A stretch of 64,000 nucleotides of DNA, from assembly GCA_964199315.1 (NCBI GenBank), contig OZ116698.1:43710001-43774000 (forward strand). The letters run 5' to 3'. The stretch comes from Orbicella franksi. Taxonomy: Eukaryota. The position numbers and the translations under genes are program-made. This document shows positions 50,771 through 63,824 of the stretch, one piece after another. Numbering within the stretch: position 1 is the first letter of the stretch; every line of letters begins with the position of its first letter. The notes beneath the pieces are model-generated. The model was given only the letters and a program-made list of their open reading frames with translations. It made no database searches and was not told where the DNA came from.

Positions 50771-51534
50771 CACCGGCAGTGATCTGCGGGTCCTGTCGCT
50801 TTCATCTCAAGCGCAGGAACGTAGCATGTTACAAATATGTTATAAAAGTGCACTGAAATGCGCCAATACGATGTGGAGGGTGTTTCCAAGATTTACAAAG
50901 CGAATAGAAACCGGTGCTACATGAACTAACCTAAAAAGCTTTAATAACACAGGCTTTACATATTACACGTTGAGAGAGTTGAGAGCAACCGCACTGAGAC
51001 ACATACAAATGCCTTTAGACTTAATATACAGTCCAAGTTAGTCACTATCATAAACCGTACGGAAAACTCTGCGCCTAGGGTCCAATTTCCTCGCGGTGTT
51101 AAACATGATCTTCTTTGGCTCTCATATTTAAAAACGCATGAAGCGTGCTACCGAAAAAAAAGCAAACTTCAAATCACCACTTAAACAATTAAACAGAGAC
51201 AGGTGGATCTATTTATTTCATTTACACTTGCTTGTGATGAAAGATCACACGATTTCTGTCTCTAGAATTTCAATTATCTTCGGAAGAGACACTAGCAAAA
51301 TCGGGGACAAGCGTCTCTGTACCAGAGAAGACTGAGTGAGCAAGATACTTTTTGGTGCTCCTTTGGCGCGGAAACGATGGAAATGAAAGCAAAGTTTATG
51401 ACGTCACTGTTGCCATAACTACTCTGAAGTGCCTTTCTCACGCCACGCGCGACACGTGACTGCTGGGGTGAAGTTCAAGTGGAAGATGCTGGAGGAGGAC
51501 GGCGGAAATTTTAACGGGGTGTTCCCTTTGGATT

Positions 51535-54500
51535 ATGGAAATACTGTCAAATGGAACTAAACAATACGCTTTGAGTAAGTATTGCTTAAATCTTTTACTT
51601 CGTAAAATGTTATGAAAGCTATAGGGGTACATAGTTCGACCTAGAACAACGTTATATTCATTGTAAAATTTGCATCCCATACTGAAAGAATTTGTCTGTG
51701 CAAATGCTGCTTGAACTTTTGTTCCACCTTGGTTGGACAGTTAAGTTCCTTTATGTAAGTTTAATCATTTCTAACTTAGCTTTGCATGAAAGGTTCTGCA
51801 AGCTTTCTGCTACAAAACAGAATAACCTGCAATGGAAAATTTCACATTTTCTTCAGGGTACGAGAGTTGTACGGTTACAGCAATACATATGTTTACCTTT
51901 CGAGTAACTATTTTCTGAGACTAAACAATTTGGAGATATGGTGCTAAGCGACAGATTTGCTTGCAGATGTTTAATGTGAAAAGCATGTTAGAAACAGAAC
52001 AACAGAAATACTATTATTTTCTTTGTACATTTGAGCTTTTGCAGCTACGCCCTGCATGGGATGGTGTTTCCCAAAAGGGCGGCATTACGTACAGAACTGA
52101 ATTGGTTTACCTTAGATTTCTTAGGCTTTATTTACAACTATAAGCATTCGGTTATATATGACTTTTGACCATTTTTATTCACCTCTTTCATGCTGTAGCT
52201 CAAACAATTTGCAATTACTTGATTTACGAAATAAAAGATTTCGTCCTGACAATTTTTGTGCCGTTCTGATACGGCAGGTGGAGTGACAGGTGGCAACCAG
52301 CCGAGTTATGTTTCGGGTATAACAATCAGATGGCTTTTATTTTAAACTATCATCTAATTAGCAAATTTCAATATGATCAGGAAAACACTTTTAGATAATT
52401 GCTAATTGCTGATCAAAAATATTTAAAACATTATATAGCCTGAAATGAATTGATTTTAAGCTCAGGGTAAATATACCCGGGAACTAATATTTATTTTGAA
52501 CCCTCTAATATGTAATTGTTACATGATTGCTGCTGCTCTGTGAAACATAGAGTTTAAATATTATTACAGAACCATTCTAATGCTTTTAAATATAAAGTTA
52601 AAATATAAGACTTGAGGAAACCTGTATTTCCAAACTCGGTCCATTTTGCTTCCGTACAATCACGTTATGTTGTATTCAATCAGCTGTGGTTTGTAACATG
52701 ATATTAAAAACGTTATTCTATACTTAATAATATCATCTAAATATAGGCAAAACAAAGACAAAATGGAATGCGATTATTGGAGTGATTTATTTTAAAATTG
52801 AATGTTTCCTCTAATAAAGTATTTCACCGAACTTTTTTTTTTACAGATCTCTCGGACCAGTCCCCTGACGAAGCTGACGTCATAGCACAGGAAAACTCGA
52901 CTGACGTCACAGCGTTTCTTTTTCCCGCCATTGGCGCTGTGCTTATGCTCATGTTTGGTGGGTTATTGTTTTCAAGCGGAACATCCTTCAGTAAATCTAA
53001 AGCAATGTCCGACCACAGGTTCAAACGAAAATTTGAACAGCAGTATGGACGAAGGACAATACGTTTTCATAACATACCAGACAAGATTGCGAAAGAGCCG
53101 TCGTCTGTTCTACAACAAGAAAATAATGACGTTGTTGATGCTGTGATGAAAGAATATCAAGATTTACCGCAGTACCAACCGCTCAGTGGATTAGCTGGCA
53201 ATATGGCTGGATTACGCAGGCAAACATGCGCAGTAAATCTTATTCGACCAGAAGTGACAGAGAGGGGAGTAAGTCCGATCCATTTGACGGCAAGAGAATA
53301 CACTTCGGATTACGACAATCCGTCGTATAAAGATAAGGACAGTGAGGCGGAACATGAAGATGATGTAAACAAGAAAAGCTCGCTTACTATTACGCTTCAA
53401 AACAAGGATATTGTCGTTGAAGATGATTTTACGCAACGAAATAGCGCTACATCTAGTGGCATTGGTACAAACTCACCAGACAGCTACGAAATTGATAGTT
53501 TAGAAGAATTTCCTGCTAGTAACAACGATTCTCTCGACCTTGCTGAAGCAGAGTTTCCTGGGTTACGAGGCGGAGCTCCTTTAAATGACGGCACTCGCCT
53601 GTCTGTACATGCTTATGACCGTGGGGTGTACGGTGGGGGGCGATTAAGTGTGCTGGAGATGGAGAGAGCGCCTAGCTCCATGTGTTTAAGGGGTTGTAGC
53701 TGTCCCATGCATAGAACAGAGGGTGGGAGAATGGACACCAAACGGAAGGATGCTCGAACTAGCGATGAGCGACTCACTTGGGGTGATATTGCACTAAATG
53801 TAAACGGTAATTTGACCTTGGAGAACGAAAGTGACGTTAGCAAAGCGTGTGGTAATATGTTAAGGCTCGCTACTCCATCAGCAGAAATATCAGGTCCGCT
53901 GACTGCAGACAACATGCGAGAGATGGATCAAAGTCCGTTACGGCGAATGGATTTGGAGAAGTGGCTTCACGATGTGGAGAAGTCCCGCAAAACAGGCGAG
54001 GTAGTTTACGGTGAAACGTTAGAATTCCCAGATGCGAAAACAGACAAGCGTCGCAGAGATTACTTGACCACACAAAAGAAAGAGTTTGTGCCTAGTCGAA
54101 GGAAAATGCGAGCACCACTTCAAGAAAGTTTACAGCTGTTGAAAAAGTTGCAGCTTGTTGCAGACAATGATTTGGTTCCAGCGCAGAATCCAGTCCACCT
54201 CGGCGGTCGCGCAAGCTGCTTGGACACTGTGAGAGCACCAAGCTCGCTATGCCTTTGTGGAGGCCAATGCAGCGTGCATGGTCAGAATGAGATAACCTCT
54301 GACCAGTGTAGTGCGCCAGTGAATGTAATTGAAGATGACACTGAAACTGATGAGAGTACTGAAGTTGCGAAAGGCAGCCATCAGCTTAATTCAACAAGAA
54401 CAGAACGTATCACAAAAGGCGGAAGACAGAGTACTTTGAATCTTCTTCGCGCGTCAAGTGGAATGTGTATTCATGGCCCTACATGCACGGTTCATTGCCA

Positions 54501-55872
54501 CAAAATGGGAAATGCTGAGTCATCGATACCAGAATCTAGGATTGAGAGTGGGAGAAGTCAAGTGCTTACTCAAAAGCAAGATACACATTCCGAATTAAAA
54601 GAATTGAGAGGAGCCAGCGTGTTTGGTGAATCGCAAGTTTCACTCACTTACAACACATTGAATAATCAAGGAATTGGCGATTGCGCACAAGAAGAAAGCG
54701 TCTCTATGACAACGGAGTGCAGTGAAAATGAACAGCGTGGAGCGAGCTCCTTTGGAAATTCACGCTCATCAAAAACTCAAGAGATCAATGATCTAAACAC
54801 TAGAGGTGCTAGCAGTTTTGCAGAACAGCCTCTGAAACAGTTGCATGCTAACTACAGTCATGAAATGAACAGTATCCAATCATCTTTGGGCGAAATTAGG
54901 GGCGCCAGTGGTTTCGCATCGCTGGATGAAAGTATTGCGGGCACATCGAGTGTAACGTTAAGTTTTGCAGTGGAATCTGACGTCGAAGGTTTGAGCACTG
55001 ATAACTCTTTGATGGAGAGAAAAAGGGCTATAAGTGTAGAGACATCTGTTGAAAGCGGCAGAGCCCCTGATCGAAAGCGTGGCTCCAAAAACACAGCCAA
55101 AGCACCTGTGAGCCCCACAGAGAAACAGAACTATCATACGACCACGTGGAAAACTGAAGACAAGGAAAACCTTGTTGAACCAAAAAACAACTTGTTCATT
55201 AGTCGCGACAAAGGTTGTAAAATTGGAACAATTGCTCGTGCAGAAAAGATGGATTTTAGCGATGAACAAAAGCAACACTTCAAACCGTTTGACGAGCGCA
55301 TTCTTAAAGTGGGTAAAGACACAACAATGATGTGTACACTGTTAAATGCACTTCGGCGAAATGGAAAACAACAACGAAAAGACACTGAAACTTCCAAGCA
55401 CAATGTTATTCATCGTATTGACGAAGAAAACGTTACGAATGGCAAGGAAACTTCAGTCGGGAGTCTTAAATTTTCAGTTTTGTATAAGGGAGCTGATTCT
55501 GGGACGCCTTTGCTTTACGTCACTGTTCTAGGTCTCGAAGGTGTGACAACTGAAACAGTTACGACAGACAGTACGGTTTATATAAAAGTTTGTTTATCTC
55601 CTAAATTCACAACATGGAGACGAACAAGAGCTCTGAATGTTTCAGAGAAGCTGGAGTTTAAAGATCATTTTATTATATCAGGGGTGAAGCCAGTTGACTT
55701 GGAGGGAGCTATCCTTCGATTTGTCGTTGTTTGTGTCGGAGAAGATGAAAAAGTCATTGGTCAACTTGACGTGCCTCTTGACGAGCTCAAGTCGCGTGAC
55801 AAGTTTAAAAGGACTTGCGCGCTTCATGTACCTTATTGCGCAAGGAATGATGGGATTACTGAACTTGAATAA
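51535..55872 (+). CDS. Synaptotagmin-like protein B (TM + very long linker + single C2), ~1021 aa; exons 51535-51574 (tentative), 52847-55872
   Basis: 3-kb open exon after a strong acceptor (T-run, acag| 52846). TM FLFPAIGAVLMLMFGGLLF. C2 GSLKFSVLY...VYIKVCLSPKFTTWRRT...IGQLDVPLDEL. Phase-1 upstream exon MEILSNGTKQYAL|GTAAGT. AATAAA at 56189. Confidence 0.8.
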
Positions 55873-57358
55873 TGAATGAGTAACTTTGAAAAAGAGGCTC
55901 CATTAGGGGGTGGGGGTGGGGTGGTCTGAGTATCCCACATTCGGTTAATTTTTGACTTAAATATCCCGTACCATGAGTTCAAGTAGCAAAAACTAAGGAT
56001 TCGTTACTCGATATCCTGTTTTATCTGGTCTAGATCTCCCGTTAATAATTTCCCCCAAATATCCTGTATCCTGTTAATTTTTTACCTATTAACCCGTATC
56101 CCGAAAAAACTCTAATAGGGCTTCAAAAACAGTAAACCGTTCGAGCTGTACGTTAAATTAAGCATGATTTTCACCTTTATAGCAAAGTAATAAAACTTGA
56201 TATGACAAACAATATTACGTACTTAGTGTGCCTTTTAAAAGAATTCATTTAATATCTTCAGTTTGCGTCAAATGGAATTAGTGTAGACGTTCTTTGTATT
56301 GTGCACTTACAGAATTTTCACACCACATCAGCAAAAAGTTGTATACCTTTCAATAAGGAATTAATTAAGACAGGACTAATTGAGTTTGCTAAATTGAAAC
56401 TTGAATTTATTTACTACAAATCAGAAATTTTGAAAGTAAATAACGAACACTGCCTTCTGTATGCTTTTACCGAGCTTCTCTTTACGCCATCGCGGAAAAA
56501 ATAAGATTGAGCGATGCGTTTGTTGTTTTAAATGAACTGCGAGAAAGGTGTCTTCGTTTGATCAATTGAGCCACGAGAAATGTTCGCTCATTTACTTTTG
56601 GCCTGAATTTCTTTGTTGCTTAGAAGAATACATCATTCCCACGACAACAACAATGACATAACCGCCTATTATCTGTTTCTTACTTTAAAAGAGGCACTTT
56701 ACCGGCAGGTGCTTTGCGACGATAATTGCTATTTCTCTTGGAATGTTTTCTAAACCCGAAAATAAATTAACAAAGCAATTCACTGCAAGACGTCGAAACT
56801 CGATGAAAAAGCAAACTCAAGGATTACAAACCAACTTTAAAATGAGCGGGAGTGAAGTTTTATTTACACGACATCGACCTTTTAAAACTCGATCAAAATT
56901 TTATGATGAGAATACAGAAGGAAAGGGTGTTGAAAAGACAGATTGGGACCAAAACATAATTTGACATTGATTGAATGATAGTTTAATTTACGTAAAGAGA
57001 AATACGATTTATTCCGGGATGAAATATCTATTGCTCTGTGACGCAAAGTGTCACGAATCGAGTGGGCTTGTTTTGCATAACAACCACTGTACTGTCACTG
57101 TTGAAGCAAACAAGCAGAGCTTTACGCACGGATGAATGTACGATGTGAATGACAGACAGACACAAAAGGCTTTATAATTAGCTTTATTTAAATTCAAAAC
57201 TCCTTCAGCATATCAAAATCCTCGACCCCGCGAAAAGTCCAGGTCAGAAGAGTTGTCGACACGTCTTCATTTCTCAAGTTCCCGTTTGGCGGCTCAATCT
57301 TCCGCGACAGATCAACGTTTTTCAGCGCGAAAAACGAAACATGACTTAGAAAGTTCAA

Positions 57359-58389
57359 ATGACGGTAGGCACTCTAAAACAATGGCTTTTTAAACTTTCG
57401 CGTTTTTTAAAGTCTTGGGTTACCCTTGTTCAAAGTTTTAAACTAATCACTATTCGTCATTGTGTTTTCAGGACTCGAGTGTTCTTGGCGTGATTCTTGG
57501 CTCAGTGCTTGGTTTTCTGGCCGGCGCAATAGTGGTGTGTGTTGGATATTTCGTTTACGCCAGACGATCCAAGACATACAATCCACAGTCGCGCGATGTG
57601 CGCGCGAAAATTGATTATTACTCGGCGAGTAGTCCTGAAGGTGCTTTTCTCGTCGCGCAAACACGACCAGTTCAAGTACAGCCAAATGTGTACACGTTGG
57701 CCAAGTCCTCGGCGGAATCATACCCGGAAATTACCGAGCTAGATGATGGTGAACAACAGAGAATTCGAATAACCAGGCCGTATCAAACTGGCGCTATTAC
57801 CACAATCGACGAAGACGGCGAGGATGTCCAAGACGGTAGCGAAAGGCCGCAAAGTCTTGAGAGCGAGGCCATGACCGGTGGCCACAAACCCAAGCTAACA
57901 AAGCGAATGAGTTTGCCTACTACCTTAAAATCAGATGGATTAGTTCACCCAAACCCAGAGGAATTCTTTAGAAAGAAAAGTTCGACCGACGAGGAGGAAT
58001 GCCGGCTTGAGTTCTCGTGTTTTTACGACACGGCAAGTCGTGAACTACACATCACTGTAATTCAAGTTGTTGGGATTTCTACACCAGACGAGAGTTTCCT
58101 CCGCCCGCCAAACTGCAGTGTGAAAATGCGCATCTTGCCCGAGATGTTGTCCTGGCAGTGGACGAGGAAAATTTCTCGAACAACAAGCCCCGCTTTCAAC
58201 GAAACCTTTATTGTGCCTGGTTTTGTTCACAATAAGCTGCGAGAATGTACCGTACACTTTGTGGTGTTGGATTTTGATCATGTACAAGACAATGTTTATG
58301 TGATTGGAGAAGTTTTCATGCCGTTATCTGAACTAAGAGCGAACAGGCTGGAGAAAATTATCAAAAGGGTGAACCCACTTTCCTTCTAA
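57359..58389 (+). CDS. Synaptotagmin-like protein C (TM + single C2), ~307 aa; exons 57359-57364, 57472-58389
   Basis: ATGACG|GTAGGC, 107-bp intron, ttttcag|. TM VLGVILGSVLGFLAGAIVVCVGYFVY. C2 RLEFSCFYD...PAFNETF...VLDFD...IGEVFMPLSEL. AATAAA at 58956 and 58967. Confidence 0.82.
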
Positions 58390-59700
58390 AAATGTTTAAT
58401 AACAATTCTGTCCTAATTCCGCAACAGAGTGGAGTTTTCAGAACAAGGCCAATATGCTAAATAAACACACATAAGGCAAACAGGAAAAAATTCCTTTAAA
58501 TTTCATAGCTCATTAGCAATTTAAAATGCGTGCGAGGCAAATCAAAGTCGTTGAAATAATCTCAACGTTGTATTTATTTACGAAACAAGACTTAAAAATT
58601 TAATGTTAGCAATGTAACAGTTACAATTTGGACAAAGTTTCTCTTTATTTCATGTGTTACATTCTTTCAAGGGGTTTTTATAATATCTGAATAAGAATTT
58701 GCTGTGTAAATATTATTTAGATCTTCACCTGGTTTAGTCAAGCGAAACTTCTATGTTGTAGTTTTGTCACGCATTTCATCATCCAACTATCTGCTGTTAA
58801 AAAGTGAGAATTTTGCCTTAACATTTCTTGAAAACTTTGTTTTCCACAATACACGGGTACAATCCTTTGCAAAGAAATATTTGTATCTTTCTAACTTGCA
58901 TATATTATTATATATTGTGGCTCACAATTTGGGTTTTGTTAATTAGCTGACAGCAAATAAAAGTCAAATAAAACAAAAGTAATTGCAACGAGTTGTCTTG
59001 TTTGATTTTATGGAATTATAATCCCGTTTTTAATCTTCCAGATACAATAATTATTGCGGTAACGAAAAGACGTGGGCAGAGATGGAAACATCGTCATAAA
59101 TTATTCAATAATTTGTAATGAGCCTGAGTGCCAGTCCTCGAGAATTGAAATTTTTATCGTGGCTTTTTAGTGGTCAAAACTAACGTTTTCAATCCCAGTG
59201 TCATTGTGTCACTTCTTCCGAAATTTGTTTACGAACGGGTTATAATATTCTGCACAAATTATTGAGAAATTCCCGTCTCGAAAGAAGTCAAAGCCAGTTT
59301 CTCTCTTTGTTTACACTACACTCTTAAACCAGAATACGGTAAGGACACTTTTGGTGTGACCTTACCGGCTAGATTGTTTCAACCCTTCATTTACATAAGC
59401 CACAAGATTGTTCCAAAAACTTTCGTGAAGTATCAGTGCAGTGATTGTAGTGACCTCCAACATATAATATGATTTGATTTGGTATCACTACATACAGAAG
59501 ACAAAGAGTTGAAAAAAAAAAATTATAAAAAAAGTCTTTAGTAAGACTAATAATCACAAGCTTTTTAGGGTAGCAACGGTATTACAACTCTCTTCTATTT
59601 TTATCACAGCTTCCCTAATGCCCCTATGAGACCAACAGTCCGTCGCTTACTACCCACGAAATTAAAAAATAAGCCACAAACGCTAGCAGCTACATTGTAG

Positions 59701-59993
59701 GTAAAGTCTGCATGCGAGCCAAGTGGCCCATCAGGCCGGAGCTTATCCCGGTTTCCGTAGCATGAAGCGACTAGGAGTATTTCTACTCCCCCCTGGATGG
59801 GATGCTAGTCCATCGCAGGGTTACCCCCAGCATTAACTTCGCCGGTACCCATTTATACACCTGGGTGGAGAGAGGCACTGTGAGAGTAAAGTGTCTTGCC
59901 CAAGAACACAACACAATGTCCCCGGCCAGGGCTCGAACCCGGACCGCTCGATCCGGAGACGAGCGCACTAACCATGAGGCCACCGCGCCTCCT
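59701..59993 (-). mobile_element. Full-length tRNA-derived SINE with CORE-like central block, 11-bp TSD
   Basis: Minus strand head GGAGGCGCGGTGGCCTCATGG (A box) and GGTTCGAGCCC (B box), then TTGGGCAAGACACTTTACTCTCACAGTGCCTC. CTACATTGTAG at 59690-59700 and 59994-60004. Confidence 0.9.
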
Positions 59994-61009
59994 CTACATT
60001 GTAGAGACCTTGTCAATCATGTGCGAGCTGAATTTCACATCCTGTTATGCGGAAAAAAAACGCATAGGAAAGCTTACATTTACCAGAAAACTCTAAGAAT
60101 GTGCAAATTTATCCGGGATACTTTCATTGAAATGTTTCTCCTCTGTTGGACAAAGCATGACTTCCGCTCGAAGATTGACGGGCTAATTTTTTCGCACTAA
60201 CCTTTTTAATTTATTGCCTGTTATTTCGACCTCTGACTTTTAAAGCATTTCTAGCCTATCAATTTATACGTGTAGAGCTCTTCATTTCACGGCGAAAATA
60301 TTGATTCGTGAACAAACTGGACCAAAATTCTACGACCCCAATCAGTTATGCAATGGGTATGAAAATTGAACTGTCGCTTTATCCCGCAGCTGTCGACTTT
60401 TAATTTGACATTACTTCCCGCCTGAATAATTGAATATTAAATATACGTCTACTTATGAAATATGAGTTGATATTCTTTTCCCGTGAAGCCGCCGTTATGT
60501 GGGTGGTCACGCGATCCCTCCGTAACAAACGAAATCAGAGTTCGTAATTCGTTATAGAAGATTGGCAAAGTTAACTGAGGTTAAAAACTCATTCTCAATA
60601 CTTAAAGTCACTAGCCTTCTCCCATTCGTTTTCTTTATAAGGAATGTACTAAAGGCTTTGTTCAAACTGATTGGAACGCGGTACGTTTTCAGACGGTCAA
60701 AGTCACTTCCGGTGGCTTTAAGCGTGACAAATTTAATCGTTTTTTAAGAGACCTGATTGGTTACTGAAGTGAACCGGAAGCCAGTCTGTCCACAGAACAC
60801 GTAAAAACGGGAACATAATTTATTTTTGACTCTACCACTTTGCCATACGAGCGCGCTAATATCCAACGAAAATGTGACCTCGCACTTTCGACACCTATCT
60901 TCGCCCAAATCGTAAAATCTTTCTGTTTCTTTTAACCATGCAGAAGAATGTAGAAGGTTTTTGGTTCTGTTTTGATAATCGGCCGATGACAAACCGTCAA
61001 GTTTCCTAA

Positions 61010-63824
61010 ATGGTCAACCAAGGTAAGTGTTTCAGTCCTTTTTGTATTGTTTTACTCGTCAGTTGACAATATTTACAGTCCGCTGTAACAGCACTTTAAT
61101 CCTTATGTTTTCGTTTTGTTTCTTTAAGTTGTTTTGGCGGTTGGTTTGGGGCTGGTCGCTGGATTTGTCGTCGTAATTATCTACTTCATGGTACAGTTTA
61201 TTCGCAACCGTTCTGTGAACAACGAGTATAAATATAAAAAGCTGACTTCTGATCCGGCTTATGGGTCTCGAGCAGTTATCAAACAGGACATTCCACCGTT
61301 CTATATTCCACAGTCTGTTCCCGTACAACTCCAGCAACCGATAAGGAGTGAGAGATCGGGAAGTATTTCAAAGGATGACTATCGAAATGGACACTCACTT
61401 CTGTCGGCGACAGTTCACAGCGTCAATGTAAAAGGCAAAGCGGAAGATCGCGGGACGGGAATTCAACTGAACGCTATCAACACAGGTCCTCTCAGTCCGC
61501 CGCTCACTCCACGATCCCTAAAACCTCCCCGTAAAATTTCGCCGACGAAAAAGCAACTGCCCCAGAAAGAAAATCTCTCACTCCCTCAGCATAGAAAGGT
61601 CGCGGTTTACAAGAAATTTCCCGACAGCAATTTGGGAAAATTGGAGTTTTCCCTTTACTACGATCAATCGTTTCGTTTGTTGCAGATTTACGTTATCCGC
61701 GGGATAAAAATCACGAGTTCCGAGGACAATGTCCCACCCGATGTCTTAGTAATTGCATCGTTGAGTTTTAATAAGAATCAAATTTGGGAGCAGAAAACTC
61801 GAATGGTGAAGAATTCAAATGATCCGCAATTCAATGAAAAATTGGAAGCGCACGGGATAACCTCAGCAAAACTTCATGAAAGTACGTTACACTTTCAGCT
61901 CTTCAATGATGGCGCCAATACAATAATTGGGGAAGTTGAATACTCACTAAAGGAACTTCCTGCGAACAAGTTAACAAGTCAAATACTTCCTCTCATTCCA
62001 GTGGAAATAGATGAAACTTACTGCAATATTGAGGTACGTGCACTTAATAACAACATCTTATTTTCTTTCATTGCGTTACTATTTCGTGTCACTTTGTTTA
62101 TTTCTTTTCTTTTCTCATGGTCGCTTCGAATCAAAATGATTGGTAAAGTTACAAAATCTCTATAAGTAGAGAATATGAGCTTTAGGAAACCAGATATCAG
62201 AAACAACTCAGAGGAATCTTAATTAATTGAAGTAAAAGTGTTTTAACGGACCCAAATGCAAAACAGTCAAACTTTCCTCGTTCCAATCTATTCAAACTTC
62301 ACAAAAAGTTTCTCGCTTCAGTGCGCACTTTATATTTTTAGTGTCACAAAGGTTTTTTTTTTCCTGATCATAAATCGTATATAAATCTATCTTTTTATCT
62401 TTTAAAGGCCCCTTTTTTTACTTCATATTCATCATTTTAAAAGGCATTTTCACCAACATAAAATTTTAACTTTTTTCGAGTGAAAAAAAAATCACTGAAG
62501 ACATATTTCATGGGTAAAAATAGAGAGACATTCGGAAATTCGAGTTCCTATAGGACAATGAAACACGTCAGAAAGTCAACAAACGTGACGCAAATACATT
62601 ATTTTTCCTGCTTGCTGGAAAAATACACTACAGTTCGAAAAATTAGACAAATTAGGTAAACCCTGAAATGATGAGAGCTCGTAGTTTCAAGCACGTAGTT
62701 TCACATCCTTGCGTCTCGTTTATATCTGTTTATCAGTGTACATATGTCTCATGTATAAGGGTTGGGAAGCGTTTGGAGCTTAGTTTTGCCTAATTAAATC
62801 AAACAATTCCAGAACGAGCCGCTAGAGGGGACTTTAAATCTGAAAACGTCTTTATTTATTTGTTATTTTTGTAAACTATCCGAGAATGCACTCGATGTCT
62901 CATCGTCAAATACCAGATTACCGCATTGAAGGCGTTTTTGTAAACGCCCTAAAAGGTGGTGAACGATGAAACTGGCTAACTTCAATTCACAAAGTCCATG
63001 CAGCTAAAATACGCATGATGAGGCCATGAGTCGTGTAATTAAAACGGTAAAACCCTCATCACTGTAACATGTTTCATTTACGCTCAGTTTACAAAAATAA
63101 AAATGCCAGTTTATTGCTCTTAAAGAGCTTTGAGATAGAAGGGTATCATTTTTGACATTTCAGGGCATAGCTCTTTAGCTAGGCGTAACTCGCAAATTCC
63201 TGTGTATCAAAGAAACATTCTATGATTTGGTATTCGGTTTCATTGTAAGTAAGTTTGTAATTAATTATCTACATTTTTACACTTTTTGTGGTTTTTGTTT
63301 CATCATTCTGCACTGTTTGACATGGTCATGGTTACTGCACGTTCCCAAGTGACTAAAACAAAAACAAAAAAAGGAAAACAAAGAGATTTTCGATTGTTTT
63401 GACGAGGTAAGGTTACTCAAAAAGTTCAAGTGAAAGCCATTTGCTGATAGACAGAATTCCAACACGTTTTTTAATGCACAGAAGAGCAAAGAAGTCAAAA
63501 TAGCAGTATTCCAGCCACAATGATTACTAATGATCTCTATTTAAAGACAAAAGGGCTAGGTGTAATTACATGTGATGGGGCTCTTTTTCGTATTACGTCA
63601 CTGTAGAGTTCCAAGGTTTGCATCGTGGCTTCTAGACAACTGAAAATATTGAGAGTCTGAAATGGGTTTTGCCGTTTAATGTACTTGTCCTTTGTAACTG
63701 ACACTTCAAAACTCAAAGACTTCCACGTGTCACTCGTTTTTAAAGCAACACTTTTACCAACTTAAACCATAGAGTGAATCAATATTTCTTTTTGCAGACC
63801 GTTTGGAGTCCACAACTCTCTTGA
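61010..63824 (+). CDS. Synaptotagmin-like protein D (TM + C2); exons 61010-61022, 61129-62033, tentative last exon 63798-63824 (~314 aa)
   Basis: ATGGTCAACCAAG|GTAAGT, then tttaag|. TM VVLAVGLGLVAGFVVVIIYFMVQFI. C2 LGKLEFSLYYD...DPQFNEKL...IGEVEYSLKEL. Strong phase-0 donor GAG|GTACGT at 62034. Acceptor tttgcag| at 63797 gives TVWSPQLS*, followed by AATAAA at 63905. The 3' end is uncertain. Confidence 0.78.

Noticed and set aside
59920-59993. tRNA gene
   Set aside because: The A/B boxes belong to a SINE head followed by SINE body and TSD; no complete cloverleaf.
52847-62033. Protocadherin-style variable exons (B, C, D) spliced to a shared downstream C2B
   Set aside because: B and C have in-frame stops right after the C2 fold, followed by AATAAA, and only weak GT sites (CAT|GTACCT, AGG|GTGAAC). 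No constant exon is visible. Only long-read cDNA could revive this idea.
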